DNA of 62,395 nt, counting the filler, from Collodictyon triciliatum (lineage: Eukaryota), in assembly GCA_043381765.1 (NCBI GenBank). It is 8 parts of 8 records of this genome, joined end to end, with 100 filler letters (N's around TTAATTAATTAA, not from the genome) between each part and the next. Parts side by side here need not be neighbours in the genome. Positions count along the whole stretch, not along the records: positions 1 to 5,459 come from JBHJMP010003481.1; positions 5,560 to 13,867 come from JBHJMP010003483.1; 6 more parts are not named here. One strand, given 5' to 3'. Shown in pieces: positions 1 to 11,367 of this stretch (position 1 is the stretch's first letter; each line of letters opens with the position of its first letter). Both the position numbers and the translations under genes were made by a program. Below the pieces are notes generated by a model. That model made no database searches, was not told where the DNA came from, and was given only the letters and a program-made list of their open reading frames with translations.

Positions 1-2
1 AA

Positions 3-846
3 GATACACAGCCGCAAATTTACGGAAGAAATATAGATCTGAATACTCGAAAGCTTCAGGTATGGTTTAACAGTAAAATACATATAAAACAATAATAGCT
101 AATTTAATTTGAGTTTTGTTTTGTTTTTTTTCTTTTTTTCTTTTCTTTTTTTCTTTTCTTTTTTTCTTTTTTTCTTTTTTTCTTTTTTTCTTTTTTTCTT
201 TTTTTCTTTTTTTCTTTTTATTCTTAATTTTGTGTCATTCGACACAAATATTCATTCTTGTCTCTGGATAGGATTATTATCGGAAGTCCAATCCTTCTTC
301 ATATTTGAACCCCATGCAGCAGAGACGAACTGAATCTCTTATTTTGTTGAAGCCAAAGTTATTATTTGAGTCGTAAGTTTCTATATCATGACCACGAGAA
401 TAAATGGAACAGTTTATCTGCGTCATACATAATCGGCATAGTAAAATCAATCACTATTCGACCTCTATCAAAATGAGGACAAACATCTATTAATCTCTCG
501 AATAGAAAAGCAAAGAAAAACTTTATTTGCTGAAATTGAGAAAAAAAATAGAAAAAAAGTAATTAGAGTGTAGTTAGTAATTTGGCAATATGTTCTCAGC
601 CACACGGTTCTGGAACAATGTTCTCTGGTGAGCCAGAAGGAGTATTTTGGCACCGTGCGAGAGGAGATAAATAAGAGATACATCGAGGTGACTTTTAATT
701 TACTATTTTTTTTCCGCCATTTCTTTACATGTCCATTTGATTTCGATGATTAAAAAGAAAATGAAGGAGAAGAAGCTATTAATGCAAACACCGATGGCAA
801 CGCAAACATGAACTATTCACAGGATAGTCTTGAATGGACAGAATAA
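3..846 (+). CDS. 3' end of a spliced gene; hypothetical protein with weak resemblance to the glycine-cleavage-H/Abitram C-terminus
   Basis: Exons 3-59, 272-372, 600-688 and 823-846 join in frame via GT-AG introns: DTQPQIYGRNIDLNTRKLQ DYYRKSNPSSYLNPMQQRRTESLILLKPKLLFES HTVLEQCSLVSQKEYFGTVREEINKRYIE DSLEWTE*. The family guess is weak. Confidence 0.6.
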
Positions 847-2011
847 AAAGCATTCTGAAATTTTGATTGTCCTTCCATACAACAGCCCGCGGATACAAAA
901 CAAGCCTATCACCCCATCAAAAATGGGACCTTTGTCCTCCCTGCCAGCCTTGTCTCCAATGCCATCAGAGCTCGAAACCGTATCGGACCTCAAGTCATCA
1001 CCGGTGTCGGTCACAAACGCCCTTTTGCGGATTTGGAGTGATGGTACCAAGCAAACACTAATTAAAAAAAAAAAAACAGCATGGAAAATAAAGAGACGCA
1101 CTCACTCAGCTAAATAAAGATGGCCTCATAGAGGAAAGTTAAACAGAATCCGCACAGCAAAAACGGGGTCTCTTTGTTTTGGTTACCCGGCATCGCGATG
1201 TATTCTGTGCTGACATAAGCATGAAAACCGCCTCTATATTCTATTATTTATTTATTTATTTCGAATGCCAAAGTCATACACCCGGTTTGGATGGAATTAG
1301 GGGTGCTGCGAAAAGTTTAGAGAACTCCTGTTACTTCTCACCACCGCTATAATGGTTTGTTTGGTTGAGTTGTTATTCCCGATATAAAAAATGATGACAA
1401 TCAGAGCCTATTCACAACGCGCTCTTTTGCCACTGGATAAAAATGCGTTTTTTTTTCTAATCGAATAGAAATACACCGGGAAAGTAAGTTGATGCAACAC
1501 TCGTAGTTATGAGTCTCGGAATCACTGCAAAAATCAACCATTTCCGCCAATGACGCTAAGGAAGACATTGGGAGTTTAGTCAAACATAACAGGATTCTAA
1601 TAAGACGCCCAAACAGATGAGTCTCTGTGTCTGATGTTTCTAATGAGGAAAAGATAAGGAAGGGGATTTTCCACCGGGGTCTGAATCTCACGGCCATGTG
1701 CATTCGAGCTCTGGAACTTTGTTTCCTATTCATCAGTCACAGTTCCATCATATCGTTTCTTTTTCTTTTTCTAAAAAGAAAAAAAAAAGTAACTTTCATT
1801 GGTTCCCACAAAGTATGAGTGAATGCAGGTTCAGATGGGAGCGGAATATAGGAAGGGAAAGAGAGAGAGATAGGAGAGAGATAGGAGAGAGCAGATGGGA
1901 AGATAAGGGGGAAGCAGGAGGTGGCCAGTAAGGCAGACAGGCTGGTTTTGAATCATCGCTGAGTCCTCCTCTTCAGCTGAATACTGTCTGCAGTTTGTGT
2001 GGCTCTGCACA

Positions 2012-3496
2012 TTAGAGAAGCAAGCATGATGATTTTGACGGGGGCTGCGGGTTCAGGCTCTTCTCAATGTCGTCCAGGCAGAGCGAGAAGATTTTTGCTT
2101 TTTTATTTATTTATTTATGCACCGAATAAGTAGAAGTAAGTTAATGATAAGCAGAAGGGTAGAAACAAATGGCGCAAATGAAAAAGGCATCTCATTTGTC
2201 ATGCATCTATGGAATAAAATGGAGAGTGTATAGTTGCATGGAAACACATGGTGAGAAACCATACTGATATTTTCATTGTGTCGAGCAGAGGTTTCGACAA
2301 AGGCACAGCCCCATTGCTGAGCCAAACGCTGACCCTCCTCTGTCGACACTTGCCTGTTTAAAGGAGAATATGATTAGCTTCTAATTATATGTCGGAAACA
2401 AATGGAGGATGATAGTTCGCCTTCACTGGATAGAAGAGAACGTGTTTGGTGGGACTTGCCTTTCGTACTCAAGGTCGTTTTTGTTTCCCACCAAGACGCG
2501 GGGCACTTTTTCCGTTCCTGTGGCGTTGAGGATTTTCTCGTTGATGGCTTTCAACATGTCAAGGGAGGTTTTCGAAGTAATCTGATGCGATTCCCGGTCA
2601 TATTTTGCAAATAGCGCACATCAATTGATTGCTGGTACATTCTTTTTTCTTTTTTCTTGTTGTTGTTGTTGTTGTTGTTGATATATTATTTTCTATTTGT
2701 ACAAGACTGTGGCAATTGGTGGCAAGCACGTTGGGGTAGGAGCGTATGCAGATGTAGAATAGTTGACATAAAATCAGGCGGCATTGCGAGGAGCTTTAGC
2801 AATGCGTCAACCTTGGATGATAACAAACCGAGTACACCAGGATGAAGCCGTGCACTCCCACAGAGTGGCGAGGCTGGAAAATGCTGAAGTCATCCTAATT
2901 GGACAAACAGATGAATGATTAGGTGAACAGGAATGAGATATTGAATCATTTTTATTTACCTGTCCAGCGGTGTCTACAATAGTGAGGTCGTAATCTTCAC
3001 CACGGAACTTGATCGTCTTTTGCAGGGTGTTTTCGATGGTGGGATTGTATGTGTCCACAAAGTGCTCCTCAGCAAAACGTATACTGACAGACGACTTTCC
3101 TACAAACGCGAGGTGTTGTGTGGAATATTCTGTAAGTGCCTTGGCTAAACGGAAACTTCATCTGGTGTCTCAGACATTAAGAAAAGGAAGAGAGGGAAAG
3201 AAGAAAAAAAAGACGACGTGAAAGTCACTTGATTCTGCTATTTGGGTGTTGATGGAGAGGATAATAGTAAGAGTGGAAGAGGGAAAGAAAAGGAACTGTT
3301 GTGTGGGAACCGAATGATCTTGATTCTCTTTTTCTTTCTTTCATTATTATTATTTTTTTTTTTGGAGGACACGTATGCAAAGTGTGAAAATAAGTTACTG
3401 AGCGATCAAAAATAAATCTAATGCAAGCGATGAAAATCGATCAAACAAACCGACTCCACGGAAACCCATCACGCAGATCTTTCTCTGTTTCACCAT
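2012..3496 (-). CDS. RHEB: Rheb small GTPase (Ras family), 6 coding exons
   Basis: Spliced protein MVKQRKICVMGFRGVGKSSVSIRFAEEHFVDTYNPTIENT..DTAGQDDFSIF..VLVGNKND..FVETSARHNE..KSSCLLL*. It has the Rheb-diagnostic Arg in the G1 box, effector loop YNPTIEN and a CaaX box. Confidence 0.95.
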
Positions 3497-4379
3497 TCTG
3501 TATTTTTTTTTCTTTCCTTTTTGTCCTTTAAAAGGTTGCTGCTTTGGTTATGGTTTTGGTTTTGACTTGGTTTTGGTTATGGATTAGGTTTTGGATTTGT
3601 TTTGGGAGTATGAATCCGAGGCTGAGCTGTTGGTCAAGTCCTCCGATGTATTCTACCGAAAGAGGTGCAGGATTTTCTAGGATGGCGGTCGAGTTTTTCT
3701 TTTTCTTTTTCGTTTCTTTTCTTTTCAAAGAAAAAGTCAAGACCTTCCTTGTCCTCCTGGTTAGGATTTAGTTCTCTTTGGTTGTTTTAACCTTGGTCGA
3801 GTCTTATTGCCCGGGCTGGAAAGAAGAGTCTGCGAGAAAAACAAAGCGGAATGAGTGCGTTTGTCGTAGTCTGGGTGGTTACTGAGGTCTGCTCTGTATG
3901 CGTGACAAGAACAAAAATAATAATAATAATAATAATAATAATATCTAAATAAAACAAAGCCCCAGCCTATAAAGACGACTCCAAGAACAATCAAATGAAA
4001 ACGGACAATCTTGAGTCACCTCCTGATTTTTGAAAACAACCCCCTTTTTCTTTTCCAGCTTCCTTCTCACTCTAACCAACTTCCAACAGCCAAGAAATAA
4101 AACCCCTCAGGCAGAAGGAGCGCACTCGCAGCCGCAAAGGCAAGGAAAGACACTGGAGCCCATTCGACATAACGCACTTCTTGTTCGTCGGGCCAGCGCT
4201 ATGATTATCCGGCACAAGTATTCCGACGGCAAATAGGCAAGATCGCGAAAGTTGATCGTACCTGCCCCAGTTTTGCCTCCAGTTTCTTTTTGTTCTTTTC
4301 TTTTTTCTTTTTTCTTTTTTCTTTTTTTACGTTTTTTATATTTTTTTTTATTTATACAATTATAATATATATTTATTAT

Positions 4380-4700
4380 TGTTCCTGCTTTGATTCTCGC
4401 GGCTTTGTTTTGATGGATTCGCAACGCAGACATTCGCGCGACCGCGATCAAAAGGAGAAAATAATCAATTGTGAATGATTGAATTGCTGATTTTTTCCGT
4501 ATTTGTGCATGTGTCTTCAAAATGGATATAAATTTCTAAATTTGGTGCATGGTATTGGGTTGAAAGGTGTTTTACCGCATGAAAATCGCGCGAAAATCAT
4601 TTCTATTTGTGGAATAGGGCGTGTGGATGCCGACTGGCGCCCGTCTTTTGTTTAGCCGAATGCATAGATTTGCGCAATGGCAATGATATAAATAATATTA
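4380..4700. promoter_or_regulatory. Probable divergent promoter region between Rheb (-) and a + strand gene; E2F-like TTTCGCGC on the - strand at 4588-4595
   Basis: TCGCG/CpG-enriched stretch lying between two divergently oriented 5' ends. A minus-strand GCAG|GTACGA donor near 4261 suggests a non-coding Rheb first exon. Confidence 0.3.
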
Positions 4701-4910
4701 ATCATAGAAATAATGATTGGTATCATGATGATAACGGTAATAATTATAATAAGCAAAACGGGGATTTATTCCTGCACAATTTCCGAAAAAGCCGAGCCGA
4801 GTAGACATGAGAGATTTCAAATATTTTTTTTTGTGTCATCCTTGTATGTAAGAAGAACAATGGCAAGTCTAATCCAAACATAATGAACTGCAATCGCGCA
4901 ATAGGTCGAT

Positions 4911-5342
4911 ATGAGGGCAAGAGGGAGAAACTCCAAACGTGGAAAGAATATAGGCAGCACGACATCGCAGATGGTCAGGAGAGGAACGAACCCTGCATAT
5001 TAGTAAAAATAAAATAAAATAATTGCGCGTGTGAGAATTCTTCAATTTTTGATTATTTTTTTTTTGTGATACTGTTGGATTTTCAATGAAAAACAATCAG
5101 TTATTTTCATTCAGCCGAAAGATGTAAAATATAAGCTACATTGGAAAATAGCTTCTTCTTTGACAATCGAACCTGCTATGTAAGTCCATTCCATGGGCGA
5201 TAGCAGTTTCCAAGTGGAATCGAGGTTGTGGACCAGAGATATTCCCTTACAAGCGGCAAAATGGTATATGACCGACATCAAAAGCTTTGTGATATATTCT
5301 ATTTTGGTCCACAAATGCATACGCAGTTTAGAAATGATGATT
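4911..5342 (+). CDS. Possible 5' exons of an unidentified gene cut by the contig end
   Basis: ATG 4911 (MRARGRNSKRGKNIGSTTSQM) and short GT-AG bounded exons near 5115-5179 and 5203-5262 stay in frame. No recognisable domain. Confidence 0.3.
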
Positions 5343-5459
5343 GTAATTCGTTTGTAGACAACTTCTTTTCTCTCTCTCTCTTTTTTTTTTTTTTTTATTT
5401 TTAAATAAAAATAAATAAATAGGTTGAATGGAAAAATATTACTTTTCCAAAACGGGCTT

Positions 5460-5559
5460 NNNNNNNNNNNNNNNNNNNNNNNNNNNNNNNNNNNNNNNNN
5501 NNNTTAATTAATTAANNNNNNNNNNNNNNNNNNNNNNNNNNNNNNNNNNNNNNNNNNNN
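5460..5559. other. Artificial contig spacer (Ns + TTAATTAATTAA six-frame stop linker); recurs at 13868-13967, 22277-22376, 30685-30784, 39097-39196, 47492-47591 and 55884-55983
   Basis: Identical 100-nt spacer at about 8.4-kb intervals; the intervening contigs are 8292-8312 bp. Confidence 0.97.
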
Positions 5560-5594
5560 AATTGAAAGGAAGAATAAAAAAAATCTGATTATTA

Positions 5595-5692
<98 letters not shown>

Positions 5693-5722
5693 TTGTCCCT
5701 ATGTTTAATTTTTGTTTCATAG

Positions 5723-7710
5723 TCACAATCCTCCAAGAGGTCTGCCAATGCAGCTGCAACTATGATTATTTCACACAGAAACAAAGTCATGTATTCTCCC
5801 ACCTAATATAATGGATCATAAAGGTGGGAGATTTGGATGCGGAATTGAATTCAGTGAAAGCAGAGTTGTCTGAAAAAGACGATGAAATAGCAGCATTGAA
5901 CAGGCGCATAGCGAAGTTGGAATCTGCAATGCAGGAAGAAAAGGACAAAGTGAGGGTTATATCGGAGGACTTGACAAGGTTTCACTTTCATGACAGCTTA
6001 AGCTATCTCTGCACTTTACCCATGCAACATATATGCTGTAGAAAACAGAAAAGTAATATCTTTTGTTGACACACATTTAAGCAATATTGCGTAACGAAAT
6101 AGAGCCACAAATGAAAACCAAGAATTGAACCTAGCGAACAGGAAGCTGAGAAAAGATCTGTCCAAACTTCAGGTTTGAAATTGTATTGCAAATGAAGCAG
6201 GGTGGTTTTATGCTTTTGAGACCCTTGACAATTCAAATAAGTCATAAAGTTCGAATGAAAGCAATATTCATTCATTATTGTGAAATGTTTCCTTGAAAAT
6301 CGCAGCCTTTTTTTTCTCTCGTTTCATAGTACGCAGAGAAAAGTTGTGATTTACATAGTTGACTATATTTTATCCCCAATATTTCCAGTCCTTCAAGAAG
6401 TCCATCATGGAAACGTTGACTGAGGAAGACTCGTCGGCTGTGGAGAGAGTGTCTGAAAGAGAGAATTATTTCACATCTGCAACATCATCTGCATCAAGTT
6501 TTTTTATTATTATTTTATACAATAAATTGTAAATAAGGAATTTGTGGGCAAAGAGTAGTAAAGAGTTTAGCAATAATATTCTAGCGTCAATGCCATATAA
6601 TCTCCATTTATAAATATCATCAGAGCCTCATAACGGTACATTCATGTGGTTATTATTTTTTAACCTAACGCAATATTCTTTAATAGAATACATATGTGTA
6701 ATTGATATTCTAATTGATTTTAAAACAACGCATAGTACTCCAATCCGAGCAACCAGGTGAGGCGTTTCGAGAGTCTAATACTTACGGTCACTCAGTCGAT
6801 GCCACTCGATCTGCCAGGAACTTTGAGTTGCCTATGAACCCCAGTTTCTTCACATCGGGCGAAAAAGCGTTCTCGTAAGAATTTGTCATGCTATGACGTG
6901 CGCTGGTGTGTTCGCTATGCATTTTGTGTTACCCAAAATAATAGCATATTTATAAATCTGAGAACATCTTTGTAACGATGGCTCTACTTTATTAAATGCC
7001 TGCAAAAAGAACTCAGCCATTGACAAGGTCGTTCGAACCAAGCAAAGTCGGTACGCCTGCTCCGGTGACAAGAGTTTGTACCTCTTTATTTCAACTCACT
7101 ACCATCATTCGAGTCCTCCCAATCCTGTATTGGAACTATAAAGGAAAATTTGAAAATATAGGGAGTGTCCCCAAGCTCAGTCAATCCCAAGGATTTTTCG
7201 AGTTCATATACGACTGGAGCGAGAAGCGAATACATTACTGAATATCAAGAGCCGTGTAAGGTTTCACTTTTCTAGCAACACACTTTGCGCTTCTTTTTCG
7301 TAAATATATAGCTTTCTATTAAAGACGTGGACTCGTCATCAACAGACCGTCAGGCTCTGTGCTATACCTATTATTTGTATTTCCTTTTTTAAAAAAAAAT
7401 TTTTTTTTATTTATTTGCCGCATTGTCATCATGCTGGATGCAAATTTAGACAGTTATTTCAGCACGGCTTTTAAAATACATTCACAAACTTACAGATGGA
7501 ACCACCCAAGAAAAAGGGAAGCAATTTTTTATCCAAGTGAAGAAGGAAATCGGCCCAGAAAAGTTCACACAATTCCTCTCCATTGTCAAGAAGCTCAACA
7601 ACCGCCTACAAACCCGCGAGCAGACCTTAACCGAGGTTGCTGACTTGTTTGGCCCCGATAACCACGCTCTTTATGCCTCGTTCAAGAATCTGCTGAGCTT
7701 CCACGGATAA
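5723..7710 (+). CDS. At4g15545/NAIP-like protein (N-terminal coiled coil + conserved C-terminal PAH-like domain); 5' end probably missing
   Basis: Coiled coil VGDLDAELNSVKAELSEKDDEIAALNRRIAKLE..RKLRKDLSKLQSFKKSIMETL. Last exon GKQFFIQVKKEIGPEKFTQFLSIVKKLNNRLQTREQTLTEVADLFGPDNHALYASFKNLL matches the recalled plant motif GKEFFRQVRSRLSYEQF..FL..VKELN..KQT.EETL..A.EIFG.DN..LY..FEGL. Confidence 0.85.
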
Positions 7711-8384
7711 TTAGTCGCTATGCCAAGAGTTGAGTGGGCCATCCACCATCATTCCGCCACTTTCATAAATCGGAGTAGCCTTTCATCAAATAAATCGACA
7801 TATTCGCATGGCGTAGTGCTGCACGCATAAGTGTTGCGTTTGGTTAGGGTATCGGCAAAACAGACAGGGCGAAAATGTTAACAAAGTATAGAATCCAGAT
7901 ATAGAAACATCACAATCTTTATATAGATCTTGTGGCGAATTCAGATTTTCTGCTCCGTGCACTTCAACCCAAAATTCCCAAGTCCAAAAACCAAAGTCTC
8001 CCAAAAATCCAGAGTAGGAATTCCCTTAGTCCAAACCGATTCAAAGATTTCTATGTACCGTATATTAAGTGTGGTATTATTCCAACTTTATCATTTTTTT
8101 TTTAGCTCGCGGATTTTTATTTTTTAATTATTGGAATTACGTTATGTCTCCGCTAATGTTTGCCGATGCAACTTGAATCCGGTCTTGCTTGCTCGTTGGG
8201 ATCCGCCTCGTGGCGCTTTTGGGGTTGTGCGCAGAACAGATTCTTCAAGACTTTGCTTGTGCAAAAGAGCGGCTGGGCGGCTTCTTGTGGAGGGATGAAG
8301 TGGATCAGTTGTGGTGGCTGGGCGTGTGCCTTTGGCCGTTGCATAGGCACTTGAGTACAAACACTATTTTCTACGTCCCTTCTG

Positions 8385-8575
8385 CTCTCTTTTCTCTTTT
8401 TCTCTTTTTCTCTTTTTCTCTTTTTCTCTTTTTCTCTTTTTCTCTTTTTCTCTTTTGCTCTTTTTCTCTTTTTCTCTTTTGCTCTTTTTCTCTTTTGCTC
8501 TTTTTCTCTTTTGCTCTTTTTCTCTTTTTCTCTTTTTCTCTTTTTCTCTTTTTCTTTTTTTCTCTTTTTTTCTCA
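8385..8575 (+). repeat. (TTTTTCTC)n pyrimidine microsatellite, probably in a 5'-UTR intron of the FMR1-like gene
   Basis: Direct inspection; followed by ATACAG acceptor at about 8586. Confidence 0.85.
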
Positions 8576-8918
8576 TTTTGATACAGAGAGCTTGCGTTCC
8601 TCAGGGCCCTTATCTCTTTAATTGAAATATCGAATCATTATCGAGATTTTATTTCACATAATTTGAATATTTTTTTGGGTGTTCTACAAGTCTGGACTAG
8701 TTCTACTTATAGTTCGCCAGTCGACCAGGGGAGTCGAATCCATGTTGATCATTACCCCTCTTTTTATGGGCTCATTTCTGCTTGATCATTTACATTCTTT
8801 TTGAGAGACGATAAAACTATGCCGGTCACTTGCGCATTTTGACACAGGAAATAGCTAACGAATATATGTGCTTAAAAAGGTAGAAAAGAAACTCTGAGGA
8901 GCACCAACAACTGTTGCG

Positions 8919-9902
8919 ATGGAAACAACTGCTATGATCGAAGTTGAGAGGCAAGCCGGATGCTTCTACCTGGCAATAGTCGAGTTTGTTGGATTCCTGA
9001 TATTTCATAAATTACTCATGTGTTGTGGGGCTGACCAAAACTGGTTTCACGCTCCCAGCCACGGTTGCCATCTTGAAATAATGGATGTTTGCCTCCCACA
9101 AATGTGCGAAACAAGATGAAATCGGACGTGTCTAGTCCTGTGAAAATTAAGATTCTTTTGTAAAATTATTATCCAGGGACATCGAAGGAGAGGACTACAC
9201 AATCAAGTATGTCGGGCTCGAGCCTGCAGGACAATTCAAAGTGCACCGTTCAAAGACCAGAATGGCCAATCCTGTTATCCCAAAGTCGTTTGCTCCCAAA
9301 GTCGGTGACAAAGTGGAGGTCAAAACATTTATCACTGAACGCGAGCCTACTTGCTGGCGCGAGGGCTCTGTCAAGGGCATCAAAGATAATCTTATCTCCG
9401 TGGTTTTCAAAGAAGGCGAAGAGACCGCCGATTTGGTTCGCGTGAGACCTTCTCCATCCAAGGTAAGACTATATGATTATACTTGGCGTTGGAAACCCAG
9501 TTAATTGATGTAATATACAAATCTCCTTTTATTCTATGAAATAACACCTTCGCTTTGAAATAGAAGGAAAGCCCGCCACCTGTCTTGGAATGTCGTTCGC
9601 TGGAAGTGATGAAAATCATATTGCAGAATCTCGAGGCATCAAAAATACTATCAAAGACGCAAGGTGACACGGGAGCCTATGTGATTGTCAGTAAGGACAA
9701 GACCCGTGTCTCTGTGATTGGTAGCTCAAATTCTGTAGAAAATGCGTGTCTGTGTCTGGACGTGCACATTCGCCACCAGACAAGGCTTCTGGACATACGG
9801 GAAGAAAAATCACGCCTGCAAGAGGATGAAGTTGGTTACTTGGTAAAAAACAGGGTTAGTTTTTTTTTTTTTGTTATTGTTATTGTTATTGTTGTTATTG
9901 TT

Positions 9903-10001
<99 letters not shown>

Positions 10002-11211
10002 CAACATATAGTTACCGCGGAACTGGTTGTAATCAATATGTTTAATTTATTTGTTATTTCTACTTTACCATTTATTTTCACCACTATTTGGTTCAAATTC
10101 GTTATAGATGGCTACCTATGAATTCTTCGATTCATTCGATATCGACCCGTCTTTACTGGGGTATGTGCTTGGAAAGAAGGGATCAAACCTGCAGGCCGCA
10201 CGTAAACTTGGCGTTGAAGTTTTTGTAAGCTCGTTTTTTATCGGTTTTTTTTTTTTGGGAGGGGGTCTTGGCTTTGTTTTTATGGTAAAAATTCGAGATT
10301 ATTTGTGAATATTTCATTTTTATTAAACAAATAATCAAATCCGCGATGCGGATGGATGCTTAAAACTCGATACAATGAAAGATTGAGGAAAAGAAAAGAG
10401 TGCACATATTCTCCAAAACTGCATCATCTGTCAAAAGAGCTCGTGAAATGTTGGAATTTTCCAGAGTCGTGATGCCTCTCCGCGAATCTGAGATTGGATG
10501 GGTGAAAGGAAAAGTACTCTATATACAGAAAAAATAATAAATAATAATAAAATAAAATAAAAACAATATAAACATGTCAACATATCGCATGCGCGTACCA
10601 ACAATTAACTCGAGTCCTGTATCAACATCCATCAGTAAAATGATATTCGACTTATTATCATCAACCTACAGCAAGGGTCAAATATCCAAGACTTCACCCA
10701 GAAGTCTCATGTCATCTTCATGGATGTCAGGGATAATGCAGTTACTATCTTGGGTAGAAAGGTGAGCCTGCTGTACTCAGACACTTAATGCGTGTCTGGC
10801 CCTCCTTTTTCTTTCTTTGATATCAAACCATAGGACAGTGATTGGACTTAAAGTACGAGCTATTAACCATTTGTAATAAAATGTCTCTTATTATAGGTGA
10901 ATGTCGACCAGGCCATTATACTTTTGAAGATACATATTCAATATCTAGTCGACATAAAATCTGAAGAATCCAAACTTCAAGAGTTGATTCATAACAAATG
11001 TACAAATTTAATACAAAAATACAATTTTTCATAATTCATATATTAATGCATACTCTTTTCTTTTAATCATACTTGTCATGCATAGCTCGAAGCTTAAGCA
11101 GAGGGAAGCAGCGCTCTGAAACAGCCGACAAGTCATCAGACAGACCACAATCGTCCATGTAAATTTTTCACCCACTCTGTTTAGTTCCTTTTTTTTTAAA
11201 AAAAAATTCCC

Positions 11212-11306
<95 letters not shown>

Positions 11307-11335
11307 CATCATCATCATTATTATTATTATTATTA

Positions 11336-11367
<32 letters not shown>

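Noticed and set aside
817-1820. Small spliced minus-strand gene between the first gene and Rheb
   Set aside because: Several exon-like GT-AG blocks are visible, but I could not join them into one open frame or recognise a product. Left uncalled.
8142-8360. GC-rich island upstream of the FMR1-like gene as a CGG-type repeat or separate gene
   Set aside because: No CGG tract, and short ORFs on both strands lack features. Most simply a 5' UTR exon.
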